A stretch of 64,000 bases of DNA from Candidatus Methylomirabilis sp. (GCA_020722985.1 DYJU01000001.1:4943-68942), one strand, 5' to 3'. Counted from the stretch's first letter, positions 9,496 through 19,604 are shown. The notes: generated by a model from the sequence alone, not told the origin. Numbers and translations: made by a program.

Positions 9496-10158
9496 ATGAA
9501 GGGGAAAAAAGAAAAAGAAAGTAAAAGGGATAAGATTTTAAATGCCGCAGCAGAAGAATTTATAGAATATGGTTTTTATGGTGCAAGAACGCAAAGAATT
9601 GCAAATAAAGCAAAAGTGAATAAAGCAATGCTCCATTATTATTTTTCAAGTAAAGAAAATATTTACAAAGAAGTTTTAAAAACAGTTTTTAATTTACTTA
9701 TAGAAAAATTAAATTCAATAAAAGTTGATGATAAAGAGGGTAGACCAGAAGAAAAAATGCGACAAATAATTGATGCCTATAATGAAGTTTTTAAAAATTA
9801 CAGTAATTATGTAAGATTGGTGATTTATGAAGTTATAACGGGCGGCAGATACATACAACAGATAATCTTTGAAAATATCAACAGGATTCCTTTTAATCCA
9901 TGGACAGGTAAGTTATATAAATACTTTGAAAAACAGATAAGAAAAGGTAATATAAGAAAACTTAATATAATTCAGATGCTTATAAGTTTAATAAGTCAGA
10001 TGGTGCCTGTTTATATAGCAAAACCTGTTGCTGAAAATATATTTAAAAAATTAGGACTTGATAAATTTATAATAGAAAAATTTATCAATAAGAGAAAAGA
10101 GTTTGTAATGGATATTCTAAAACATGGGATTTTTAAAAAAAGTAATAAAAGGAGATAA
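9496..10158 (+). CDS. TetR/AcrR-family transcriptional regulator (YbiH/CecR-like)
   Basis: It has an N-terminal helix-turn-helix typical of TetR (ILNAAAEEFIEYGFYGARTQRIANKAKVNKAMLHYYFSSKENIY). It is the first gene of a regulator, HlyD, ABC, ABC, ABC-2, ABC-2 operon. Confidence 0.8.
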   Translation: MKGKKEKESKRDKILNAAAEEFIEYGFYGARTQRIANKAKVNKAMLHYYFSSKENIYKEVLKTVFNLLIEKLNSIKVDDKEGRPEEKMRQIIDAYNEVFKNYSNYVRLVIYEVITGGRYIQQIIFENINRIPFNPWTGKLYKYFEKQIRKGNIRKLNIIQMLISLISQMVPVYIAKPVAENIFKKLGLDKFIIEKFINKRKEFVMDILKHGIFKKSNKRR

Positions 10159-10163
10159 AGTTT

Positions 10164-10967
10164 ATGGAACATAATTTGCCACCTTTAAAAATAAGATTGG
10201 CAGTAGTTTTTTCATTAATTTTGATTTTTACTTTAATTTATATTTTTTTAAAATGCGAGAGAAACACAGGAAAAATAGAGGCGATGGGGACAATAGAAAT
10301 AAAAGAAGTTGATATAACTTCGCGGGTAAATGCAAAAGTTGAAAAAATATTTTTTGATGAAGGGCAGGAGGTTAAAAAAGGCGATATTTTAATTAAATTG
10401 GAATCACGGGTTTATGAGGCACAATTTAATGCGGCAACATCATTATATAACAATGCACAAAAAAATTATGAAAGATCAAAAGAACTTTTTAAAGTAAATT
10501 CAATTTCGAGGCAGCAGTATGAGCAGGCAGAAGCAAATTTTTTATCTGCAAAGGCAAACTTAGAACAGGCAAAATTATTGTTTGAAGATACCCAACCCAA
10601 GGCGCCCTGGGATGGAATTATTTTAAAAAGGCATGGGGAAGAAGGCGAACTTATATCGCCTAATACTCCACTTTTTACAATAGGCAATTTAAAAGAAGTA
10701 AAAATTATAGTATATGTTTCGTTAAAAGATTTGGGAAAAATAAAATACGGGCAGATGGCAAAGATAAAAATAGATAGTTTTAAAAATAAAATTTATGAAG
10801 GAAAAATTACATTTATCTCTGATAAAGCTGAGTTTACCCCTAAAAATATTCAGACAAAAGATGAAAGAGTAAAACAGGTTTTTGCAGTGGAGGTAAGTGC
10901 TAAAAATGATAATTATGAGTTAAAACCCGGGATGCCATGCGATGTTATTATTGACATTGAAAAATAA
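10164..10967 (+). CDS. HlyD-family periplasmic adaptor for the ABC-type efflux system (YbhG-like)
   Basis: It has one N-terminal transmembrane helix, a coiled-coil segment (QQYEQAEANFLSAKANLEQAKLL) and a beta-barrel domain. Its position matches ybhG. Confidence 0.75.
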   Translation: MEHNLPPLKIRLAVVFSLILIFTLIYIFLKCERNTGKIEAMGTIEIKEVDITSRVNAKVEKIFFDEGQEVKKGDILIKLESRVYEAQFNAATSLYNNAQKNYERSKELFKVNSISRQQYEQAEANFLSAKANLEQAKLLFEDTQPKAPWDGIILKRHGEEGELISPNTPLFTIGNLKEVKIIVYVSLKDLGKIKYGQMAKIKIDSFKNKIYEGKITFISDKAEFTPKNIQTKDERVKQVFAVEVSAKNDNYELKPGMPCDVIIDIEK

Positions 10968-10969
10968 AA

Positions 10970-11881
10970 ATGGAATCAATCGTAAAAGTTCAGGATTTAA
11001 AAAAATATTTTGGTAATATAAAAGCAGTTGATGGGATTTCTTTTGAGGTGAAAAAGGGGGAGATTTTTGGACTTATAGGACCAGATGGAGCAGGAAAAAC
11101 AACAACTTTAAGAATATTAACTGGCCTACTTAATATAAATTCAGGTGAAGTTCAGGTTGCAGGTTTTTATCTCCCGCAGGATTCAGAAAAAGTAAAAGAA
11201 AATATAGGTTATATGCCACAAAAATTTAGTTTATATAATGATTTAACTGTAAAAGAAAATATCTCATTTTTTGCAGAAATTTTTGAAATAGATAAAAAAA
11301 TTCTCATGGAAAGGATGGAACCGCTTCTTGAGATGACACGACTTCATCCTTTTTCAGACAGATTAACTGGTAATTTATCAGGTGGAATGAAACAGAAACT
11401 TGCCCTGATGTGCACTTTGATACACAGACCTAAAATTTTAATACTTGATGAACCAACAATAGGGGTTGATCCGGTTTCAAGGCGTGAATTCTGGGAAATT
11501 TTACAGAATATTGTTGCAGAAGGGATAACTGTTATATTAAGTACACCTTATATGGATGAAGCAGAGTGGTGCACACATATAGGACTTATTTTTAAAGGAA
11601 AAATATTGCAGATTGATACACCTAAAAATTTAAAAAAGCAATTTCCTTTTAATGTTTTTGAAATTGAATTAAAAAATAACAGGGAAAAAGTAATTGAAAA
11701 AATAAATAATATTAAAGAAATTGTTGATGCAAAAATTTTAGGTAAAAAAATACGAGTTATTACAAAAATTGATGAAATAGTGTTTAATTTAAAAAAAGAT
11801 TTTTATGATGCAATTGAACTAAAAAAGGTTGAACCGGTTATAGAAGATATATTTATTACAAAAATAAAAACAGGACATTGA
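10970..11881 (+). CDS. ABC transporter ATP-binding protein (ABC-2 type exporter)
   Basis: Walker A is GPDGAGKTT, the signature motif is LSGGMKQKLAL, and Walker B is ILILDEPT. Confidence 0.85.
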   Translation: MESIVKVQDLKKYFGNIKAVDGISFEVKKGEIFGLIGPDGAGKTTTLRILTGLLNINSGEVQVAGFYLPQDSEKVKENIGYMPQKFSLYNDLTVKENISFFAEIFEIDKKILMERMEPLLEMTRLHPFSDRLTGNLSGGMKQKLALMCTLIHRPKILILDEPTIGVDPVSRREFWEILQNIVAEGITVILSTPYMDEAEWCTHIGLIFKGKILQIDTPKNLKKQFPFNVFEIELKNNREKVIEKINNIKEIVDAKILGKKIRVITKIDEIVFNLKKDFYDAIELKKVEPVIEDIFITKIKTGH

Positions 11882-11891
11882 GGAGATAAAA

Positions 11892-12809
11892 TTGCAGGAT
11901 ATAGTAGTTTATGCGGAAAATTTAACAAAAAAATTTGGCAATTTTGTTGCTGTTGATAATATTTGTTTTGAAGTAAAAAAAGGTGAAATATATGGTTTTT
12001 TAGGCGCAAATGGTGCAGGAAAAACAACTACCATAAGAATGTTATGTGGTTTAATTACTCCAACATCAGGAGATGGTTTTGTTTGTGGGTTCAGCATAAA
12101 AGAAAATCCTGAGGAGGTTAAAAAACGTATAGGATATATGTCGCAAAAATTTTCTTTATATAATATATTAACTGTCAGGGAAAATTTAGAATTTTACGGT
12201 GGCATCTATGGGCTTGATAGCGGTTTAATAAAAAAGAGGATAAAAGAAATTTCAGAAAAAATTGATTTAAAAGAAGAAATTGACAGATTGGTGGAAGATT
12301 TGCCTGGTGGGATAAAACAACGTGTTGCACTTGCGTGTGCATTGCTGCATGATCCGCAGGTAATTTTTCTTGATGAGCCGACAGCAGGCGTTGATCCGGT
12401 TTTAAGAAAAAAATTCTGGGATATAATTGATGAATTATCTTTACAGGGAAAAACAGTTTTTGTCACCACACATTATATGGATGAAGTTGAACATTGTCAT
12501 AGAATTGCTTTGATGGATGAAGGGAAAATAATAAAAGAGGGTAAAATAAATAAGATAAAAAATCAAGATTTTGATAAAAAAATTTATGAAATAACTGTTA
12601 GCGATCCAGTTACTGAATATAAAAAATTAATAAAAGAAAAAGAAAAAATTGGAGATATATCTTTACATGGTTCATACATACATATAATAACCGATTTTTT
12701 TAAAGAAAAATTAAAAGAGTTATTATCTGATAATAATGTAGATTTTTCTGAAATAAAGCAAATAAATCCGAGCATGGAAGATATTTTTATAAAACTTGTG
12801 AAAAAATAG
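11892..12809 (+). CDS. ABC transporter ATP-binding protein, second ATPase. It is equivalent to the second half of the fused YbhF.
   Basis: Walker A is GANGAGKTT, the signature motif is LPGGIKQRVALA, and Walker B is VIFLDEPT. Confidence 0.85.
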   Translation: MQDIVVYAENLTKKFGNFVAVDNICFEVKKGEIYGFLGANGAGKTTTIRMLCGLITPTSGDGFVCGFSIKENPEEVKKRIGYMSQKFSLYNILTVRENLEFYGGIYGLDSGLIKKRIKEISEKIDLKEEIDRLVEDLPGGIKQRVALACALLHDPQVIFLDEPTAGVDPVLRKKFWDIIDELSLQGKTVFVTTHYMDEVEHCHRIALMDEGKIIKEGKINKIKNQDFDKKIYEITVSDPVTEYKKLIKEKEKIGDISLHGSYIHIITDFFKEKLKELLSDNNVDFSEIKQINPSMEDIFIKLVKK

Positions 12810-12817
12810 GGGAAATA

Positions 12818-13969
12818 ATGGATATAAAGGAAATAAATTTTAAAAGGATGCTTACAATATTTTTAAAAGAGTTTGTGCATATAAAAAGAGATGCGAGGTC
12901 TTTAGCAATTACTTTATTCGCCCCTGTTATATTGTTAATTCTATATGGATATGCGGTTACTTTTGATATAAAAAAAATAGATTTAGGCGTTGTTGATTAT
13001 GATAAAACAAAAGAAAGCAGGGAATTGATTATAAAATTTTTATCTTCTTCCTATTTTGAATTAAAAGAATCTAAAGATATAAAATTATGCATTGCGGCTT
13101 TAAGGGTAAATAAAATAAAAGCAATTTTAGTTATACCTGAAAAATTTTCAACTGATTTTAAGAAAAATAAAGATGTAAAAATACAGTTTATATTAGATGG
13201 CTCAGATGCCAATACAGCAAACGTTGCCCTGGGTTATGCAAAGATAATAATTGCAACATATTCAAAGAATATAATACTTGAAAAGGTAAGAAAAAAAGGA
13301 ATTAATCCTAAAAATATACCTGCTTTAGAACCTGTAGAAAGAATTTTTTATAATTCGGAATTAAAAAGTACAAATTTTATTATACCCGGGCTCATTGCCA
13401 TACTTATGATGTTAATTGCTGCAACATTAACATCGTTAACTATAGTCAGAGAAAAGGAAAGGGGAACATTTGAGCAGTTAATATCAACACCTGCAAAACC
13501 AATGGAACTCATGACGGGAAAATTATTTCCCTATGTTATCATAGGATGCGTTGATGTTGTTTTAGTTACACTTTTTGGGCTTTTATGGTTTAAAGTGCCG
13601 TTTAAGGGAGATATTTTTACTTTTTCTCTTTTTACAATACTCTTTATTTTTTGCGCGATGGGCCAGGGATTATTTATGTCAAGTATAGCAAAGAATCAGA
13701 CCATAGCAGTAATTGCAACTGTTTTTTCTACTGTTTTACCTTCCATGTTGCTTTCTGGCTTTGTTTTTCCAATTGATTCAATGCCATGGATTATAAGGTT
13801 ATTGACCTACATAGTTCCTGCAAAATATTTTTTAACTGCTTTACGTTCTATTTTTTTAAAAGAAGGCGTGGGACTTAATATTCTTTATCCAGAAGCTTTG
13901 TTTCTTTTTGTATTTGGTATGGTATTTTTATTGCTTGCTGCAAAAAAATTTAAAAAAAATCTGGAGTGA
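12818..13969 (+). CDS. ABC-2 family transporter permease (YbhS/YhhJ-like)
   Basis: It has an N-terminal transmembrane helix, a large periplasmic loop and six C-terminal transmembrane helices, which is the ABC-2 fold. Its end overlaps the next permease gene in an ATGA arrangement. Confidence 0.75.
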   Translation: MDIKEINFKRMLTIFLKEFVHIKRDARSLAITLFAPVILLILYGYAVTFDIKKIDLGVVDYDKTKESRELIIKFLSSSYFELKESKDIKLCIAALRVNKIKAILVIPEKFSTDFKKNKDVKIQFILDGSDANTANVALGYAKIIIATYSKNIILEKVRKKGINPKNIPALEPVERIFYNSELKSTNFIIPGLIAILMMLIAATLTSLTIVREKERGTFEQLISTPAKPMELMTGKLFPYVIIGCVDVVLVTLFGLLWFKVPFKGDIFTFSLFTILFIFCAMGQGLFMSSIAKNQTIAVIATVFSTVLPSMLLSGFVFPIDSMPWIIRLLTYIVPAKYFLTALRSIFLKEGVGLNILYPEALFLFVFGMVFLLLAAKKFKKNLE

Positions 13970-15099
13970 AAATGAATAAACCTATTTTAGCAATTATAAA
14001 AAAAGAATTTATAGAAATAAAAAGAAGCCATCTTATTGCATTGCTTATTATATCTCCTATTTTGCAGGTTATTGTATTCGGGTATGTTGCCACAACAGAT
14101 ATAAAAAATGTAAAAACAGTGATATGTGACAGGGATAATTCTGAATTAAGCAGAAAACTAACGGGAAAATTTTTAAATTCAGAATATTTTAAGGTAGTTG
14201 CATATACCCGTAATGAAAAAGATATAGATGAATTTATTAAAAGCAATAAGGCAGTTATAGGCATTTATATACCTGAAAAATTTTCAGAAAATATTAAAAG
14301 AACAAAAAAAACTCCTGTGCAAATAATAATAGATGGAACTGATTCAAATATGTCAACGATAAGTTTGAGCAGAACAGTTATGATAATAAATGCTTTTTCA
14401 GAAGATTGTTTTAAACAGAAAATGGAAATAATGAAAAAAATAATAGGTGGGCTTCCGTCTTTGAGTATGGAAGAACGAATCTTTTTTAATACCGAATTAA
14501 AAAGCGCAAATACAATGGTGCCTGGAGTTGTTGGACTTATTTTAACAATAGTTACGCTTGCAATAACTGCTGTTGCAATAGTGAGAGAAAAAGAAACAGG
14601 CAATATTGAGCAGATTATTGTAACTCCTGTAAAACCAGCAGAAATAATCGCAGGAAAAGTAATACCATATATTTTAATTGCTCTGTTAGACATTGTTTTA
14701 ATAACATTAACAAGTATTTTTATTTTCAGAATAAGTTTTGAAGGCAGTTTTACTTTGCTTGTTGCTTTATCATTTTTTTTGATTCTGGCAAATTTAGGAA
14801 TTGGGATTTATGTTTCAACTATTTCTTCAACCCAACAGCAAGCATTGCTTTCTTCTATTTTTTTTGCAGTGCCAAGTATTTTATTGTCTGGTTTTTTATT
14901 TCCTATAAAAAATATGCCGGAAATTTTGCAACTGCTCACCTTTTTTATACCGATGAGATATTATATGGTGATTTTGCGGGGAATATTTTTAAAAGGACTT
15001 GGCTTTATGGAACTTTTACCACAGACGCTTGCGTTATTCGTTTTTGGAGTAATTATTTTTATTGTTGCAATAAAGCAGTTTAGAAAACAGATAGGGTAA
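13966..15099 (+). CDS. ABC-2 family transporter permease (YbhR-like)
   Basis: It is a paralogue of the preceding permease with the same topology. Confidence 0.75.
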   Translation: MKMNKPILAIIKKEFIEIKRSHLIALLIISPILQVIVFGYVATTDIKNVKTVICDRDNSELSRKLTGKFLNSEYFKVVAYTRNEKDIDEFIKSNKAVIGIYIPEKFSENIKRTKKTPVQIIIDGTDSNMSTISLSRTVMIINAFSEDCFKQKMEIMKKIIGGLPSLSMEERIFFNTELKSANTMVPGVVGLILTIVTLAITAVAIVREKETGNIEQIIVTPVKPAEIIAGKVIPYILIALLDIVLITLTSIFIFRISFEGSFTLLVALSFFLILANLGIGIYVSTISSTQQQALLSSIFFAVPSILLSGFLFPIKNMPEILQLLTFFIPMRYYMVILRGIFLKGLGFMELLPQTLALFVFGVIIFIVAIKQFRKQIG

Positions 15100-15294
15100 A
15101 AATATTGTTGATCTTAGAATATTAGTTAGCGGTTAAAAAATCATATAGAATTACTTACTATAGATTAAAAAGAGTCGGTAAACGAATCTCATACAATAGA
15201 TAAAAAAATTTATGATTTGCGGTTCGGGGTTTATAAATAAAAATAACTTTTTTGAATTTGTATTATTTAAATATTATTTATTTTTATTCAACAC

Positions 15295-15322
15295 TTGACA
15301 GGGGAGGGTAGTATGCTATAAT
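15295..15322 (+). promoter_or_regulatory. Near-consensus sigma70 promoter: TTGACA, 16-bp spacer, TATAAT
   Basis: The exact sequence is ttgacaggggagggtagtatgctataat. It points toward the methyltransferase gene about 250 bp downstream. Confidence 0.4.
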
Positions 15323-15578
15323 TTTTATAATTGTTACAAGATAGTGAAAAAAATTTTTTAAATACATTAAAAAAACTTTAATTATTAATTATCGCAAACA
15401 ATTTTGTTGACTTGAGGAATCTGAATTTTACGTTTTTTTTAAAGGAAAAAATGAAAAAAAAGTCAAATATAAACAAAAAAGAAAAGAAAAATATTTTGTA
15501 AAAGAAAATTTTTTAACTACAATTGAATATAATAATGGAAGAAAAATAAAAAATAGTGAAGAAAATAAGCAAGTAACA

Positions 15579-16412
15579 ATGCATAATCTGGTTATAGTAG
15601 ACAAAGAAGATGAAAATTATTCTTTTGATAAAATTTCAAATAAAGTTATTTTAGGTGATTGTTTTAAAGTAATGAAAAGGTTGCCTTCCGAATTTGCCGA
15701 TTGTGTCTTTGTTGATCCCCCTTATTTTTTGCAACTCCCACCTAAAAAATTATTAAGGTGGACCGGTAGCATAGTTGATGGTGTAAATGACAAGTAGGAT
15801 ATTTTTAAAGATTTTGATGATTATGATAATTTTACAAAAAATTATTTGACGGAAATTAAAAGATTAATGAAACCCAATGCAACTATCTGGATTATAGGGA
15901 CATATCATAATATTCATAGAATTGGAAAGATAATGTTAGATTTGGGCTTTTGGATTTTAAATGATATAATATGGTTTAAGACAAATCCAATGCCTAATTT
16001 TTTAGGCGTTAGATTTACAAATGCTACAGAAACTTTACTTTGGGCTGTAAAAGATAAAAAAATAAAAAAATATACTTTTAATAAAGAAATTGCCAGAAGT
16101 TTCAATGGCGGTAAATTGGGAATAAATGTATGGCAAATACCGCTTTGCACTGGACGGGAGAGATTAAGAAATGAAAAAAAGGAGAAAATACATTCAACAC
16201 AAAAACCACAAGAATTATTAAGAAGAGTTATTTTAACATCTACAAAAGAAAATGATGTTATTTTTGACCCGATGGCTGGCACTGGAACAACTGGATTTAT
16301 GGCAAAAAAATTAAATCGTAAATTTGTAATGATAGAAAAAAATAAAGATTACGTTGATGCCATTGTTAAAAGATTTGAGACAGAATTTAATTCTTTATTA
16401 TTTAAAACATGA
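15579..16412 (+). pseudogene. Beta-class (DPPY) N6-adenine or N4-cytosine DNA methyltransferase of the CcrM/M.HinfI type, interrupted by a single in-frame TAG
   Basis: ORFs 15579-15797 and 15846-16412 lie in the same reading frame. Only the TAG at 15795-15797 separates them. Motif IV (VFVDPPY) comes first, then IWIIGTYHNI..FWILNDIIWFKTNPMPNF, then the C-terminal SAM-binding FDPMAGTGTTG. The TAG falls where CcrM-like enzymes have Trp (DEWDKF against DK*DIF), which fits a TGG to TAG change. Confidence 0.65.
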
Positions 16413-17275
16413 ATTATAAAAATTTTTGTTTAATTTTAAATAAACATATTTTTGAAGATGAAAAAAAAGAATTATTAAAAAATATCTCTGAAAGGCCAGA
16501 GCGTTTTATCGGATTGTTCAGACCTACAAAACCTGGTGCTAAAATTCTTCAACATATTTTGTAATCACACGAAATCAGATTTGGCGATGCTTTTGAAGAG
16601 TTAATAGGAGAAATTTTAAGAGAGTGTGGGTTTGTAATTCATAATAAAACAATTACTGATGAAAATGGAAATTTTTTATCATTGGATCAATATTATGAAA
16701 TAAATGAGATTTATTATTTTATTGAACAGAAAGTAAGGGATGATCATGACTCTACTAAAAAACGAGGACAAATCTCTAATTTTGAATCAAAATTAGAGAT
16801 ATTGTATAAAAAACACAAAGAGAAACTTGTTGGGATTATGTATTTTATTGATCCAGAACTTTCAAAAAATAAAAATTATTATTTGCCTGAATTAAATAAA
16901 TTATGTAAATTTTATGATGTTAAAACTTATTTGTTTTATGGAAAAGAATTATTTAATCATCTTGGCAGGTCAGATTTATGGAATCATATTCTCTCCTGGT
17001 TGAAAGAATGGAAAGACAGCTTACCGGAAATCCCGGAAATTGATTTTGATAAAACGCCAGAAAAAAGTTTTGAACAATTGAAAGAATTACCAATTAGATA
17101 TTGGCGTAAGGTATTAGAAAATGAAAAATTATGGACAGAAGGAATTGTTAAAGCAATTTTTAGAAAAGGCGAAGTACTAAAATTATTATTAGAATATTTT
17201 AAACAACAAAAAGACAAGCCACACATTGAATTATCAAAATTGCTAAAGGATTTATTAAAAAAATATTATGGTTAA
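16409..17275 (+). pseudogene. Probable cognate type II restriction endonuclease gene, interrupted by an in-frame TAA. Specific function is unassigned.
   Basis: Its ATG at 16409 overlaps the methyltransferase TGA in an ATGA arrangement. A 51-codon N-terminal segment ends at a TAA at 16562-16564. The listed ORF 16682-17275 continues in the same frame, and the frame is already open from 16565. Position directly after a methyltransferase is typical of an R-M pair, but no catalytic motif was recognised. Confidence 0.35.
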
Positions 17276-17344
17276 TTGCTTATCAAACGAGTTAAAAATC
17301 TGCATTATTTCAGAAAAATTCTCAAATACCTAAAATAATAAAAA

Positions 17345-17742
17345 GTAATAGTTCAACTTCCAGAAGTTCGTTTATAAAAGTTCATATATTAGCAGAAAAC
17401 TCTTGAAGACGGACTTCTTAGGAAGCCAAAAGAAAAGTGTAAAAGATTAAATAAGGATTAATGTGAGCCAGACGAAGCAATTTTGCAGTTAAAAAACGAA
17501 AGAAGACAACACTAAAAGGCGTCAGGTGATAAAAGCAAGATTGCTTTGTCGGGTTCAATTAAACGAGGGAATAGAAGACAAAGGGGTTTGTTCGTCTGAC
17601 ATTTAGAAGGTAGAGACGCCCATCCTTGGGCGTCTACACCCGGGGAATAGAAGATAAAGGAATTCATTCACCTGACTTTAAATGACAGAACAAAAAATTT
17701 ATATATGGGTAAAATTTATTCAATCAGCAACTAAATTATTAT
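17345..17742 (+). mobile_element. MITE-like TIR-bounded repeat, copy 3, carrying an internal ~75-bp duplication
   Basis: It starts GTAATAGTTCAACTTCCAGAAGT and ends CAGCAACTAAATTATTAT. The segment gaatagaaga..cctgac is duplicated inside it and includes a perfect hairpin, agacgccca-tcct-tgggcgtct, at 17605-17626. Confidence 0.65.
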
Positions 17743-17808
17743 AATTTTTAACTTCTTTAATCGTGCATCCTATATTTCCTTATTCCTCAACCTGTGCAAT
17801 TTTTTTAC

Positions 17809-17835
17809 TTGACAAATTATACGATAGCGTATAAA
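17809..17835 (+). promoter_or_regulatory. Promoter (TTGACA, 15-bp spacer, TATAAA) ending 8 bp before the ATG of the AAA ATPase gene, which suggests a leaderless transcript
   Basis: The sequence is ttgacaaattatacgatagcgtataaaATGtc... No Shine-Dalgarno sequence precedes the ATG at 17844. Confidence 0.35.
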
Positions 17836-17843
17836 ATGTCATT

Positions 17844-19097
17844 ATGAAATTAAAAAGGACAATATATAAAAGCATTATACGAGGAATAAAACGCAAAGAA
17901 ATATCAATAATTATAGGTCCAAGACAGGTCGGTAAAACAACACTGCTTAATGAAGTGGCCGGGCATTGCGTTAAAAATAAATTAAAATATAAATATTTTA
18001 ACCTTGAAATGCCTGCTGATGCCGCTTATTTTGCGCAAAATTTTGGGGTCCTATTAAAAGAACTATGCGCTGAAAAAAACATTATTTTGATAGATGAATT
18101 TCATTACCTTCCTAATGCAACGAAATTATTTAAAACTGTATATGACGGTTATCAAGGGATTAAAATAATAGCATCCGGTTCATCCGCATTGGAAATGCAT
18201 AAGCACATGAAAGAGAGTCTGGCAGGAAGGCGGATTATTCACAAAGTTTATCCTTTGTCTTTTGATGAATGGCTTCCTTCAAAAACAAAAAATCAACTAC
18301 TTCCTCGCAGCATCAAAGAAAAAACCAATAATATATTTCATAAAAAAATTAAAAAATATTTTAATGAATTTTTAATTTATGGTGGTATGCCAGGGCTTGT
18401 GCATGAAAAAAACTCTTCAGACAAAAAAAGATTGTTGATAGACTTTGTCTCAACATATATACAAAAAGACGTTAAATCCTTATTAAGAGAAGAAGACGTG
18501 CTTTCTTTTAATAGATTAATTGCCCTTTTGGCTGCAAACGAAGGAGGATTATTAAGTGAAAATGCGGTATCGGGAAACCTTAATTATTCATTAAGACAGG
18601 TACGTAAAGATCTGGCAATTTTAAATCAAATGTTTTTACTTTACAGTTTGAAACCTTTTTCCACAAATAGGGGAAGAGAATTAAAACAAACTGTTAAAAC
18701 GTATTTTTTTGATTCTGGAATAAGAAATGCGATTATAAATGATTTTAGAAGTGTTAAATCGCGGGAAGATAAAGGTGCGTTATTTGAATCATTTGTTTTT
18801 AATGAAATACAAAAAAATATAAAAATAGGACAGGATATTTACTATTGGCGAACAAGGCAGAAGGACGAAGTGGATTTTGTGCTCGTTCAGGATAGAATGC
18901 CCGTGGCAATTGAAGTAAAATCTAATATTTATAATGACGAAGTTCCACATGGGATAAAGCGGTTCATTGATGTTTATCCAGAATGTAAAACTGCAGTGGT
19001 TTTAAATAGCGATTATTATGGTAAGACAACGTATAAAGGTAAAAAAATTATATTTGCACCACATTATTATGCACATTTACTACCAGATATTTTTTAA
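17844..19097 (+). CDS. AAA+ ATPase with a C-terminal DUF4143 domain (the archaeal-ATPase-like AAA_14 plus DUF4143 family)
   Basis: Walker A is GPRQVGKTTLL and Walker B is IILIDEFHY. The C-terminal region (YYWRTRQKDEVDFVL) is typical of DUF4143 proteins. Confidence 0.7.
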   Translation: MKLKRTIYKSIIRGIKRKEISIIIGPRQVGKTTLLNEVAGHCVKNKLKYKYFNLEMPADAAYFAQNFGVLLKELCAEKNIILIDEFHYLPNATKLFKTVYDGYQGIKIIASGSSALEMHKHMKESLAGRRIIHKVYPLSFDEWLPSKTKNQLLPRSIKEKTNNIFHKKIKKYFNEFLIYGGMPGLVHEKNSSDKKRLLIDFVSTYIQKDVKSLLREEDVLSFNRLIALLAANEGGLLSENAVSGNLNYSLRQVRKDLAILNQMFLLYSLKPFSTNRGRELKQTVKTYFFDSGIRNAIINDFRSVKSREDKGALFESFVFNEIQKNIKIGQDIYYWRTRQKDEVDFVLVQDRMPVAIEVKSNIYNDEVPHGIKRFIDVYPECKTAVVLNSDYYGKTTYKGKKIIFAPHYYAHLLPDIF

Positions 19098-19166
19098 CTA
19101 TCTTTGCTTAAAGGAACGAGCATAAATCCGCGGATGGTAAATGCGAAGGAGGGGGTTAAATTTAAC

Positions 19167-19488
19167 GTAATAGTTAAGCCACTAGAAGTGAATTTGTAAA
19201 AGTTTGGCTACTAGTAAGGAAACACTTGGCGATGTCATTGCGAGGAAGCCGAAAGAAAAGTGTAGAAAGAAAAATAAAAAGCGGACGAGGCTGACGAAGC
19301 AATCTGGCAGTTGAAAAACGGAAGCAGACAAGGTGAGAAAGCATCATGTGATAAAATCAAGATTGCTTTGTCGGGCGGGAGTTAACTGTGGAATAAAATG
19401 CATAAGTTATCGTTCGCCTGACTTTAAAATGACAGAACAAAAATTTATTTATAGACTGATTTTATTTTATTGGTGGCTAAACTATTGC
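19167..19488 (+). mobile_element. MITE-like TIR-bounded repeat, copy 4
   Basis: It starts GTAATAGTTAAGCCACTAGAAGT and ends TGGTGGCTAAACTATTGC. The internal ORF 19333-19542 is not conserved in frame among copies. Confidence 0.65.
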
Positions 19489-19604
19489 AAATCTCTCTTT
19501 AACTGTTTACCATGTCTATCCTTATTCCCAGTAAAAATATAAAAATATTTGTAAAATTTATTTATTTTGTTATACTTATATAAGTAAATTTCAAGGAGGT
19601 AAAA

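Noticed and set aside
15451-15500. 16-codon lysine-rich mini-ORF (MKKKSNINKKEKKNIL) in the AT-rich spacer before the methyltransferase
   Set aside because: An A-rich tract trivially encodes Lys. There is no ribosome-binding site or conservation evidence.
19333-19542. Small ORFs inside repeat copies (also 4406-4591 -, 24557-24799 on both strands, 28081-28305 -, 48803-48997 -)
   Set aside because: Frame and strand differ between copies of the same element, so no conserved peptide is encoded. The element is non-coding.
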